This document shows, one piece after another, positions 1 through 11,802 of a stretch of 32,000 bases of DNA (position 1 is the stretch's first letter; each line of letters begins with the position of its first letter). The DNA comes from Methylorubrum extorquens. Lineage in GTDB: Bacteria > Pseudomonadota > Alphaproteobacteria > Rhizobiales > Beijerinckiaceae. The notes beneath the pieces were generated by a model. That model did not search any database, was not told the DNA's origin, and saw only the letters and a program-made list of their open reading frames with translations. The translations under genes were made by a program, and so were the position numbers. The stretch is taken from positions 5,550,001 to 5,582,000 of the forward strand of contig LT962688.1 in the NCBI GenBank assembly GCA_900234795.1, in the 5' to 3' direction.

Positions 1-420
1 GTCGTAGCGCAGGGAGGCGGGCACATGCATTGCGGCCATGCCGGTGTAGTGCATGGCCGCAATGCCGATACCCATGAGAAGGCCGCTTGCAGCGAGAGCG
101 AAGCGGCTCCTCCTAGGCCGGTTCACGACGGCAAAGCCGATCCCGGTGACCGCGACAGGCACGATCAGCGAGAGGAGCGTGAGGCTGACGTCGTAGTGCG
201 CCTCCATGCCCGGCATGCTGAAGGCGAGCATGGCGACGAAGTGCATGGCCCAGATGCCACCACCCATGGCGAGGGCTGCAGTCGCGAGCCATGCATGCGC
301 CGCCCAGCCCGTTGCTGCACGGATGCGGCCTGCGAGATCAAGAGCGGTGTAGGACGCGACCGTCGCGATGAGGACCGAGAGGGTGACGAGGGTGCTGTCG
401 TGGGCTCCTGACACGGACAT
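1..420 (-). CDS. MHYT-domain membrane sensor protein, N-terminal part; the gene continues past the window start
   Basis: Absent from the ORF track because it runs off the edge. Reverse-strand translation from ATG (complement of 418-420) gives MSVSGAHDSTLVTLSVLIATVASYTALDLAG..GIWAMHFVAMLAF..GIAAMHYTGMAAMHVP. These are hydrophobic helices carrying the repeated MH(Y/F)xxM signature of the MHYT domain. GC3 is high and 420 nt is exactly 140 codons. Confidence 0.75.
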   Translation of the reverse strand, partial: MSVSGAHDSTLVTLSVLIATVASYTALDLAGRIRAATGWAAHAWLATAALAMGGGIWAMHFVAMLAFSMPGMEAHYDVSLTLLSLIVPVAVTGIGFAVVNRPRRSRFALAASGLLMGIGIAAMHYTGMAAMHVPASLRYD

Positions 421-999
421 ACTCGCCGACTCGCCTGGGCGCGACGCGGCTGCCCAGCCAGACCTTAGGAGGCTTTATAGCTGCCTCCAAGTGACTGAGC
501 TTGTCAGGCAGGATCGTGTTCAGCGAGGCTCGCGAGAACATGGTCCGAGAAGGGTCATGTCCGGCCGCTCACCGCGTCAGGCGAATGACTGCTTCCCACC
601 CCATCCGGACCTTCGACATCAGCGCCTCGAATGTCCGCAAGGGTCTTTTCATGCCTTCACACAAGCCGCACCCAGGTCCGCTCGTTCGGATTCGGCAGCG
701 CAGAGCCCAAAGTCCCCAGTCGAATGAGCTCAGCCGTTCTGCTCAGGGTCATTGTGGTTGAGAGACGCTCTGATAACGACACTGCTCATTCTGCCCAAAA
801 ACGACGGTCGCTCATTTACGCTGAGAAAAATGTTGTAGAGCCAGATGCTTAGCTGATCACAAAGTTGTGCCACACCAGCGCGCACTGGCCCGAGTGGCGA
901 TTTCGATGCGTCTGCCGGTGGTGATCGGTGCGTGTTGCGTGAGTTGACGGCACCTACCCCCCGAATCACCGGACGCTACGTGAGCGACTGTCTTGCTGG

Positions 1000-1929
1000 T
1001 CAAGCGGGTTGCCATGGCGTTCCGTCTCTCAGGATGGCGTTGAGGATGGTGATCAGCTTCCGAGCGGTGGCAATCAGGGCAACGAGCTTGGGCTTACCGG
1101 CTGCGATGAGCCGGTCCCGGAAGGTTTTCAGCGCGGCATTGTGACGGCTGGCCACCATGGCCCCCATGAACAGCGCCGTGCGAACAGGTGCGCGGCCGCC
1201 TGCAATGAAGCTCCTCCCTCGCCACTGACCGGATTGCCGCGTCCAAGGGGCCAAGCCGACCAGCGCGGCGACTTGCTTCCGGTTGAGGCTTCCAAGCTCA
1301 GGCAGCTCCGCGATCAGGGTTCGTGCGATCGTCGGTCCAACACCAGGAACGGAGGTCAGGAGGGTCTCCTTCCTGCGCCATTCAAGCGACCGGTCTACCT
1401 CTGCATCGATCGAGCGGTCGATCACACTCTGCTCCTGCTCCAACGCCTCTATGACGCGCCGGACGCTGTCTCGAATGCACGGTGGAGCTTGGCTCGCTCG
1501 CTGCCGCTCGGACGCGATCAGTCCTACGATCTGACGGCGTCTTGTGACGAGATCAGCCAAGGCCTGAGTCTCGGCATCGGCCCGAGCGCGAACGGGTGGG
1601 TTGGTGGCCGCCGCGAACCGGGCGATCACGGTGGCGTCGATGCGGTCGGTCTTGGCGCGTTGGCCCAAGGCGTGAGCGAAAGCACGGACCTGTGCTGGGT
1701 TCACGATCACGGCTGGTAGCCTCCAGGTGGTGAGAGCACGTGCCACCATGGCTTCCAAACCGCCGGTTGCCTCCAGGACGACGAGCTTCGGCTTCAGGGG
1801 CCGGAGGCGTTCGCACAGCTGCTCCACACCCTCTGTCGTACGGTCAACGGCGAAGTTCGCTCCAGAGGGATGAACGTGAATATCGAGGCGGTCTCGGGCG
1901 ACATCGATCCCGACAACAGGAGCGTCCAT
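1000..1929 (-). CDS. IS110-family (DEDD) transposase/recombinase, 309 aa
   Basis: Begins MDAPVVGIDVARDRLDIHVHPSG, then LEATGG, NPAQVRAF..KTDRIDA and LTSVPGVGPTIARTLIAELPELGSL..GLAPWTRQSGQWRGRSFIAGGRAPVR. These match the DEDD_Tnp_IS110 and Transposase_20 architecture. The start was moved to the internal ATG (complement of 1927-1929), because the 64 upstream in-frame residues of the track ORF look non-coding. Confidence 0.9.
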   Translation of the reverse strand: MDAPVVGIDVARDRLDIHVHPSGANFAVDRTTEGVEQLCERLRPLKPKLVVLEATGGLEAMVARALTTWRLPAVIVNPAQVRAFAHALGQRAKTDRIDATVIARFAAATNPPVRARADAETQALADLVTRRRQIVGLIASERQRASQAPPCIRDSVRRVIEALEQEQSVIDRSIDAEVDRSLEWRRKETLLTSVPGVGPTIARTLIAELPELGSLNRKQVAALVGLAPWTRQSGQWRGRSFIAGGRAPVRTALFMGAMVASRHNAALKTFRDRLIAAGKPKLVALIATARKLITILNAILRDGTPWQPA

Positions 1930-2130
1930 CTGATCCCATCCTTGCGCAAGCGGGCTTCGCGTTGAGCGGCCCAAGCGACTGTTCGGGTTCGATGGAACGG
2001 CGGGCGAGGACCCTGGCTCACTTGCGGGCTTGGTGGCCCCAGAGGCTAACGGTCTCTCACCCGCCACCGCGCCGAAGAGCATACCCGGCGAAGGTGGGAT
2101 CAAGTTACAAGAGGCTACCAATCAACCGCC
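1930..2130 (-). ncRNA. Candidate IS110 bridge (seek) RNA region in the 5' non-coding end of the element
   Basis: IS110-group elements are known to encode a structured guide RNA upstream of the recombinase gene. This stretch has an interrupted stem-loop at 2064-2097 (CCACC-CGCCG ... CGGCG-GGTGG on the minus strand). It also has an 8-nt direct repeat AGAGGCTA at 2041-2048 and 2110-2117. No covariance or promoter evidence is available. Confidence 0.25.
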
Positions 2131-2217
2131 CAAGACCGTCCATCTGCTGCGGCGAGTGTGTCATTCTCGTATCAGCCATCTCGGAAACGGCTGCGATCAC
2201 AAGAGGATAAATTACCT

Positions 2218-2658
2218 ATGGAATTTCTGCACACGATGGTTCGCGTGGCGGACCTCGACCGCGCGCTCGCCTTCTACGTCGATGCCTTCGGGCTCAAGGA
2301 GGTCCGGCGCGTCGAGAACGAGAAGGGCCGCTTCACCCTCGTCTTCCTCGCCGCTCCGGGGGATGTCGAGCGGGCCGAGGCGACGAAGTCGCCGCTGATC
2401 GAGTTGACCTACAGTTGGGATCCGGAGACCTATTCCGGCGGGCGCAACTTCGGGCACCTCGCCTATCAGGTCGATGACATCTACGCCTTCTGCCAGCGGC
2501 TGAAGGATGCGGGCGTGACCATCAACCGGCCGCCGCGCGACGGGTACATGGCTTTCGTGCGCTCGCCCGACGGCATTTCCATCGAGATCCTGCAGAAGGG
2601 CGGAGCGAAGCCGCCGCAGGAGCCGTGGGCCTCCATGGAGAACACCGGAACCTGGTAG
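2218..2658 (+). CDS. gloA: Lactoylglutathione lyase (glyoxalase I), 146 aa
   Basis: MEFLHTMVRVADLDRALAFYVDAFGLKEVRRVENEKGRFTLVFL..GHLAYQVDDIYAFCQRLKDAGVTINRPPRDGYMAFVRSPDGISIEILQ is a typical VOC/glyoxalase I sequence. The start is an internal ATG preceded by AAGAGGA. Confidence 0.9.
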   Translation: MEFLHTMVRVADLDRALAFYVDAFGLKEVRRVENEKGRFTLVFLAAPGDVERAEATKSPLIELTYSWDPETYSGGRNFGHLAYQVDDIYAFCQRLKDAGVTINRPPRDGYMAFVRSPDGISIEILQKGGAKPPQEPWASMENTGTW

Positions 2659-2669
2659 GTCCGGCGGGT

Positions 2670-2698
2670 GGGCGCCCGGGCGCGATGCCCCGGCGCCC
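2670..2698. terminator. GC-rich hairpin between convergent gloA and the small HTH gene; no U-tract
   Basis: GGGCGCC-C-GGGC [GCGAT] GCCC-C-GGCGCCC forms a symmetric stem with one C/C mismatch. It fills most of the 46-nt convergent gap. Confidence 0.4.
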
Positions 2699-2704
2699 GT
2701 CCGG

Positions 2705-2869
2705 TCAGAGCTCGAGCTTGGGCGTGATGCCGAGTTCGGCGAGCTTGGCGCAGACCGCATCGACCGGCCGCTTGAGCCGCAGGCTGATGACGGAGAGGGG
2801 TATGCCCTCGCGGGCCATGCTGCGCAGGCTCTGGACGGCGTCGAGGCTCCAGTTGGTATCGACCGACAT
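2705..2869 (-). CDS. Small GcrA-N-terminal-like HTH protein, 54 aa (hypothetical)
   Basis: MSVDTNWSLDAVQSLRSMAREGIPLSVISLRLKRPVDAVCAKLAELGITPKLEL. The W-x5-L..EG.s.s.I...L.r...AV..K...LG pattern resembles the GcrA N-terminal DNA-binding domain. A strong SD (AGGAGGAAGCC) precedes the ATG and GC3 is high. Confidence 0.65.
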   Translation of the reverse strand: MSVDTNWSLDAVQSLRSMAREGIPLSVISLRLKRPVDAVCAKLAELGITPKLEL

Positions 2870-2984
2870 GGCTTCCTCCTGTTTCTCAGGCGGCACGTTC
2901 CTCAGGCGGCAAGGCGATCCGGGGAGACATCCTGCGGATCGCTTCGCTCCAACGAGGTGGATCGCCGAGGCAGACGCGGCAAGT

Positions 2985-3494
2985 TCACGCCGAACATCTG
3001 TGCATGCTCGCAAGTTGGGCGGCCCGAAGCGTCGGCCGGCCCTGGAGCGCCCCGCGGAGCGGAACGCGCAGGCTCGAGCGCTCGACGGCGAGGAGGATGT
3101 TGCATCCGCCCACCACGGCGCCCGTCCCGTCGCGCAACGCCGTCGGGTAAGGCAGGAACGCCATCCGGCTCCCGTCCGGCCGTTCGAGGCCGATCTGGAC
3201 GCCGCGCACCGGGCGCGCGCCTTTGAGGGTGAGCGCCATCGGCGACAGGTCGTGCGGCAGCGGCGCGCCGTCCGCCTCGAACAGCCGCCAAGCCCCGCAC
3301 CAGCGCGCCTTGCCGATCACGGGGCGGAACCCCCAAAGCTGTGCGGCGGCTTCGTTGTAGTAGGTCAGCCAGCCGTTGGAATCGGTGGTATAGAGTGGCG
3401 CGTCGATCTGCCGGAACAGATCGGCCCGCGACGGCTCGTAGTTCCAGTCCGAATCGGGCGCGTCGAAATCGTAGGCGAAATCGTCCGTGTTCAT
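2985..3494 (-). CDS. Stand-alone PAS-domain protein, 169 aa
   Basis: LFRQIDAPLYTTDSNGWLTYYNEAAAQLWGFRPVIGKARWCGAWRLFEADGAPLPHDLSPMALTLKGARPVRGVQIGLERPDGSRMAFLPYPTALRDGTGAVVGGCNILL is a PAS fold. The first ATG (complement of 3492-3494) follows GGGAG. The track ORF starts 12 nt earlier at a GTG. Confidence 0.8.
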   Translation of the reverse strand: MNTDDFAYDFDAPDSDWNYEPSRADLFRQIDAPLYTTDSNGWLTYYNEAAAQLWGFRPVIGKARWCGAWRLFEADGAPLPHDLSPMALTLKGARPVRGVQIGLERPDGSRMAFLPYPTALRDGTGAVVGGCNILLAVERSSLRVPLRGALQGRPTLRAAQLASMHRCSA

Positions 3495-4171
3495 CAGGCT
3501 CCCCACGACGTCCGGGCATTCGAAATGCCCGCTGCCAGCACTTCGTGCCCCCCTCTGTCATGGGTTCCTGGGGACCTCCCGGCGCCTCGGCCGGTTTGGA
3601 AGGTCCTTCGGAGCGGTGCCGAAGCACCACCCTCCAGATCGTCCAACCCTTGCAGGATTGTGCCTCGAAGCTTCCGGGGGCGGTCGCTCCTCGACGCCAT
3701 GAACGGCATGTTGGGCCGAACTGGGCTCTCTCGCCGGGTCTGATACGGACGAGGGGTAGAATGCACGTCTCGCCGCATGAGGCAAGCACTTCGACGACAT
3801 TTCATGAGCCGAACGGCTGATTACGATCGTTCGAACTTATTGCAATGCAAAAAAGGACTAGGTTTCGTGGGTGATGATGCAGGTTCCGTTTTCGGCGACG
3901 CAGCGAATACCACATTTGTTGTGTGTCATGTCCGTCATGTCGGAATCGTCTGCCCGATGCCCGTGTCCGATCGAAGACTCACAAAGCGTGTTTCGGCGGG
4001 TTCCGCATTGATCCGCCGCAAGGATCGGATGCACAGCCCTCACCAGCCTTCTCGGATACAACCTGTCGCAAGGGAGATATCTGCGAGGGAGCCCTCCCTA
4101 TCCCATCGGTCCGCAGCCGCCGTGCCCGCCCCCGGTTCAGATCGCGTCCAAGGCCGGCGGAAGGTCGTTCG

Positions 4172-7849
<3,678 letters not shown>

Positions 7850-8001
7850 AACTTGGTCTCACCGTGGCTTGTAACGGGGGCTTTTCCGGCCGACAGGACA
7901 CATCGACTTGTGGAAGGCCCGGAACGGCCCAACACCGCGCACGTTGACCGGCGCGAAGAGAACGTCGTTTCCAGGCTGCGATAAGCGAACAGACGAGCGG
8001 T

Positions 8002-9081
8002 ATGGGTGCTGACACGCCACAGGGCGGACTTTCGTGGAATCATGGGGCGGACACCCCGTTCGACCTCGGCGACGGCTTTCGCCGGTTCGCCGACCACGTA
8101 CCGCTGATGATGTGGCGTACGGATGAGAGCGGGCGTTCGACCTATCACAACGAGTGCTGGCTCCAGTTCACCGGCCGCCCGCTCGCCGAGGAGATCGCCG
8201 ACGGCTGGCGCGGCGGCGTGCACCCGGACGATTTCAAACGGCACGCCGAAATCGTCGAGAAGGCCGTCGAGTCGCGCCTTCCCTTCACCGTGGAGTTTCG
8301 GCTGCGCCGTCACGATGGGGCCTATCGCTGGCTTCTCGATACCGGCCGTCCGCTCGAGGAGAACGGCGTCTTCCACGGCTATCTCGGCTCGTGCTTCGAC
8401 ATCACCGACCGAAAGAACGCCGAGGAGCACGCCGAGCACGCCCTGGTCGAGAAGGAGACGTTGCTCGCAGAAATCTATCACCGGGTGCGCAACAACCTTC
8501 AGGTGATGGTGAGCCTGATCGGCCTCTACGGCCGCGCCGCGCCGGAGGCCTGCCGCGGCAGCTTCGATGCCCTGGGTCAGCGGGTTCGGGCGATCGCCCT
8601 GGTGCAGCAGCATCTGCACGAGGCACCGCACATCGCCTCGATCGATCTGCGCGACTATCTGCACCGGCTCGCGTCCGGGCTCGGGCAATTGCGCCGGGCC
8701 GGGCGGATCGGCGTGACGGTCGAGGGGGACGGGACGAGCCTGGTCGAGCCGCGCACCGCCAACGCGCTCGGCATGATCGTGGCCGAGGTCGTCGCGGAAT
8801 GTCTTGATGCCACGACGGAGACGGTGACCTGCGGCATCTCCATCCGCATCGATGCCGCGGCCGGCGCGCCGGTGCGCCTCTCGGTGATCTCCGGGGCCGG
8901 CGAGGCTGCGGCCGCGGGACGTGAGGGGGTGCCGAAGCTCGGCCCCCGTCTCATCGCGGCCTACGCGGCGCAGGCCGAGATCGCGGTCTGCGGCACCGCG
9001 ACCGAGGCTGATCCGCTTCATCTGCAGTTGCCCGAGGTTCGCGCCGACGTGGCCCCGACGATCGCGCCCTCACAGAGCTGA
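8002..9081 (+). CDS. PAS-containing HisKA_2-type histidine kinase, 359 aa; the ATP-binding boxes look degenerate
   Basis: PAS/PAC (MMWRTDESGRSTYHNECWLQFTG..YRWLLDTGRPLEENGVFHGYLGSCFDITDRK) is followed by the HisKA_2 H-box EIYHRVRNNLQVMVSLI. The C-terminal region aligns loosely to a HATPase domain (ALGMIVAEVVAECLDA) but lacks the usual N-box Asn. Confidence 0.8.
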   Translation: MGADTPQGGLSWNHGADTPFDLGDGFRRFADHVPLMMWRTDESGRSTYHNECWLQFTGRPLAEEIADGWRGGVHPDDFKRHAEIVEKAVESRLPFTVEFRLRRHDGAYRWLLDTGRPLEENGVFHGYLGSCFDITDRKNAEEHAEHALVEKETLLAEIYHRVRNNLQVMVSLIGLYGRAAPEACRGSFDALGQRVRAIALVQQHLHEAPHIASIDLRDYLHRLASGLGQLRRAGRIGVTVEGDGTSLVEPRTANALGMIVAEVVAECLDATTETVTCGISIRIDAAAGAPVRLSVISGAGEAAAAGREGVPKLGPRLIAAYAAQAEIAVCGTATEADPLHLQLPEVRADVAPTIAPSQS

Positions 9082-9169
9082 TACAATCGGCGCAGGCGAG
9101 TGCCTCGCGGCCTCGGCCTGCGATCGCTATATCGGGTTCGATACCCCGACGCGCCTGAACGCGAGTGCC

Positions 9170-9598
9170 ATGCTTCCCGACCTCGACACCATCATCGAGA
9201 ACTTCGAGATCCTCGACGATCCGATGGATCGCTACGAGTATGTCATCGAACTCGGTAAGCTGATGCCGAAAATGCCCGAAGCGGCGAAGGTCGAGGACAA
9301 CCGCGTCTCCGGCTGCGAGAGCCAGGTGTGGATCGACGTGTCGCTGAAGAAAGACGCGGGCCACCCGGCGCTGAAGCTCGAAGGGGACAGCGATTCCCAT
9401 ATCGTGAAGGGTTTCGTGGCGCTGATGGTGGCGCTCTATGAGGGGAAGACGCCGGACGAGGCGATCAAGGCCGACGGCTTCGACTTGCTCAAGCGTCTCG
9501 ATTTCGGCTCGCACATCACGTCGAAGCGCTCGAACGGCGTGCGCGCGATGGTGGACCGCATCCGGAAGGATGCCGGTCGCCTTCAGACGCTGAACTGA
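9170..9598 (+). CDS. sufE: SufE-like cysteine desulfuration (sulfur acceptor) protein, 142 aa
   Basis: MLPDLDTIIENFEILDDPMDRYEYVIELGKLMPKMPEAAKVEDNRVSGCESQVWI..SDSHIVKGFVALMV..GSHITSKRSNGVRAMV shows the SufE/CsdE family hallmarks, including the GCxSxVW active-site Cys. Confidence 0.9.
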   Translation: MLPDLDTIIENFEILDDPMDRYEYVIELGKLMPKMPEAAKVEDNRVSGCESQVWIDVSLKKDAGHPALKLEGDSDSHIVKGFVALMVALYEGKTPDEAIKADGFDLLKRLDFGSHITSKRSNGVRAMVDRIRKDAGRLQTLN

Positions 9599-9625
9599 CC
9601 CGCCGCGAGATCTGACTGCGGCGGG
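9599..9625. terminator. Hairpin between convergent sufE and the DUF6456-like gene; no U-tract
   Basis: CCCGCCGC (9599-9606) and GCGGCGGG (9618-9625) form an 8-bp stem with an 11-nt loop in a 37-nt convergent gap. Confidence 0.4.
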
Positions 9626-9635
9626 CGGAAGGGTC

Positions 9636-10476
9636 TCAGGACGAGGCTGGCGGCTGGTCCGTCTTGAGGCGCCAAGCGCGGGTGCGGGCCCGCTCCGGCC
9701 CCGTCGCTTCGCGTGCGAGGCCGTAATGCTCGGCGAGTCGTCCGAGAGCGATCCGGGCCACCACCTTGGCGGAACGGGCCGGCCAGCGCCGCTCCGCCTC
9801 GATACGCTCGAGGCCTTTGAGGAAGCCGCACAGGTCGATCAGAAGCCCCGACAGATCCGACCCCACCGCCGCCAGCGCGAGATCCACCCGCTGGCGCGCG
9901 GCGATGACCCGGTCGGAGCCCGAACTCGGATCGCGCGGCCCGCCGCCATCGACCCGCGGGGCGGTCCAGTCGGTCGAGAGCTGCGGCATCATCTGCGCCG
10001 AGGCGAGGTCGTGGCGTAGCCGCTCCCCCCGCCGCAAAGGCGGCCGCATCGATCTGCTCGCCGTCGCGCCCGCGCCGCCGCGCCATCCAGGCCAGCGGGC
10101 TCTCCGCTGTATCCCGCACGCGTTCCCCACCGCCTGTGCCTTCCCGGACCACCGCGAGATGCTGCATCCGGAAGCTGTCCGGCCCGCCGATTTCCGCCCG
10201 CCGCAAACGCGCACGCCCGGCCGCCCCGATGACCAGCCGGTTGCGCCGCCCGTCGTCCCGCGACGCGAGATCCGCCGCCACCAGCGCTTCGCCGGCCCGT
10301 ACCGGGAAACGGCCGGCACCCAACGACACCCCGCGTCCGCCGCTGCGCACGATCAGCGTTTCCGGCGCACTCGGATCGGGGAAGGCGTAGGCACCTTCAG
10401 GCGCCAGCGCCGCCAGCAGGCGTTCGGCCTCGCGTCCGAGACCGCCCGTTTTGTTCATGTTTTGTTCTTTTGACAT
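9636..10476 (-). pseudogene. DUF6456-like conserved alphaproteobacterial protein interrupted by a +1 frameshift in a G6 run (or an assembly indel)
   Basis: The N-terminal half ([38 protein letters not shown]) is in the frame of track ORF 9583..10575. The C-terminal half ([64 protein letters not shown]) is in the frame of ORF 9636..10319. The switch is at the C6/G6 run at 10025-10030. Removing one G joins ..AAFAAG-ERLRHD.. in frame. Confidence 0.7.
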
Positions 10477-10595
10477 CGTACCACCCGAACCGGAACCGCT
10501 ACGGGAGGCTAAGGGGAAAATCGTCCTAATACAAGTCTTGACAGACTTTGATGCCGCCTCTGGTTGCACCGTCACGCTGCCGGTTTCCGGCGGTT

Positions 10596-10790
10596 TTAGG
10601 CCTGGGACGGCTTCGTCGGCGGCTTCTTGAGGATCTCGGCGATCTCGTCCTCGGACTTGCCGCGCACCGCGTATCCCATCTGCTCGAAGCGATCGATCAG
10701 ACGGTCACTGTCGCAGGCAGAGCGGGCTGCCCACTCTGCGAGCGCTTCATTAGTCTTAGCAAGTTGTTCGGAGGGGCTGTCGTCGCTCAT
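10596..10790 (-). CDS. Small hypothetical protein, 64 aa
   Basis: MSDDSPSEQLAKTNEALAEWAARSACDSDRLIDRFEQMGYAVRGKSEDEIAEILKKPPTKPSQA. The composition is protein-like and GC3 is mostly high, but there is no clear SD and I recognise no family. Confidence 0.4.
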   Translation of the reverse strand: MSDDSPSEQLAKTNEALAEWAARSACDSDRLIDRFEQMGYAVRGKSEDEIAEILKKPPTKPSQA

Positions 10791-10940
10791 GTGGGGGCAA
10801 TGCAGCAGAAGTTGTGCCGTTCCACGACTTTGTTGTTGATAACCTGATTCGTCAATCTCCGCCCGCATAAGCCGCCGCTGCGCCGGCCCTGAACAGGGCG
10901 GCGCAGCGGGCTTCGCGTGAGGGCCGGGCCGGGAGAAACC

Positions 10941-11378
10941 TCAGGCGGCCGCGTCGTAGCCGGGGCGCACCTGGCCGAGGCCGATCGCCTTGGCAAGGTC
11001 GGAGCGGGCCTTGGCATAGTTCGGCGCCACCATCGGGTAGTCGGGCGAGAGGCCCCACTTGGCGCGATACTGCTCGGGGGAGAGGTTGTATTTGGCGCGC
11101 AGGTGCCGCTTCAGCGACTTGAAGGTCCGCCCGTCTTCCAGACAGACGAGATAGTCCGGCTGGATCGACTTCTTGATCGGCACGGCCGGCTGAAGCGCCT
11201 CCTGGGCCACCGGCTGCGGCGCGGCGGCCCGGCCCGTTCCGACCTGGATCAGGGCGCCGTGGATGTTGCCGATCAGACCCGCAAGTTCGGCGGCCGGCAC
11301 CGGATTGTTGCTCACATAGGCGGCGACGATGTCGGCCGTGAGAGCGACGTAATCGACCGGCGTCTCGGTTTCGTTCAT
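10941..11378 (-). CDS. mucR: MucR/Ros-family zinc-finger transcriptional regulator, 145 aa
   Basis: [91 protein letters not shown] is the canonical ROS_MUCR signature. The start was moved to ATG at complement of 11376-11378. Confidence 0.9.
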   Translation of the reverse strand: MNETETPVDYVALTADIVAAYVSNNPVPAAELAGLIGNIHGALIQVGTGRAAAPQPVAQEALQPAVPIKKSIQPDYLVCLEDGRTFKSLKRHLRAKYNLSPEQYRAKWGLSPDYPMVAPNYAKARSDLAKAIGLGQVRPGYDAAA

Positions 11379-11802
11379 GTTCGTGGTTGTCCCTTGGCGG
11401 TGCATCGCGCGCAATCGATCCGGTCCATCATCCTGTGCGAAGACGGAAACGGACAGGTACCTATCGGCCTGTGCAATGGTGCCGCTTGATTTCGGTTTGG
11501 CGTGACGCCCCCGCAGTCACGGGTTCTACCTAGAACATCCAAATTAGACCTGCAAGACGGGGTCGGTATGCACAACTGAACGGATTCCTCGCGATCTGGG
11601 ACGTGCGCAATTTGTCGTGAATGCTCGACATCGCTTCCGGGGCGGCGGCCCGCCCTCATCGCTCTCGCGTCGCGGCCGGGGTGCGACGAAGGGGCGGCTC
11701 GTTTGCCAGCCTTGCGGCCACGGCCGTCGCACGGCACACCGCCTGGTATCGGACGCGTTTATCCAAGCGTTGCCAGCCAAGCGTTCCCACCGGAGTCCGG
11801 CG

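Larger units (their letters stand above)
940..2140 (-). mobile_element. IS110-family insertion sequence; boundaries approximate and not determined
   Basis: Contains a DEDD-type IS110 transposase gene between the MHYT gene and gloA. About 200 nt of non-coding sequence lies 5' of the transposase. No terminal inverted repeats are seen, as is usual for IS110. The 3' end could extend further into the 420-1000 non-coding tract. Confidence 0.55.

Noticed and set aside
25-411. 128-aa plus-strand ORF at the window start
   Set aside because: The composition is Arg/Asp/His/Gly-rich nonsense. It is the antisense shadow of the minus-strand MHYT-domain gene, which gives a clean membrane-protein translation.
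1930-2121. 64-aa N-terminal extension of the IS110 transposase ORF (track ORF 1000..2121)
   Set aside because: IS110 transposases begin with the M..VGIDVA motif found at the internal ATG (1929). The extension is Pro/Ser/Gly-rich with no family resemblance and more likely overlaps the non-coding guide-RNA region.
9089-9155. tRNA-like T-loop sequence (CGGGTTCGATACCCCG) upstream of sufE
   Set aside because: The T-stem pairing is imperfect. The candidate acceptor arms mismatch at 2 of 7 positions. The total span is only about 67 nt, and I found no D-arm or anticodon arm.
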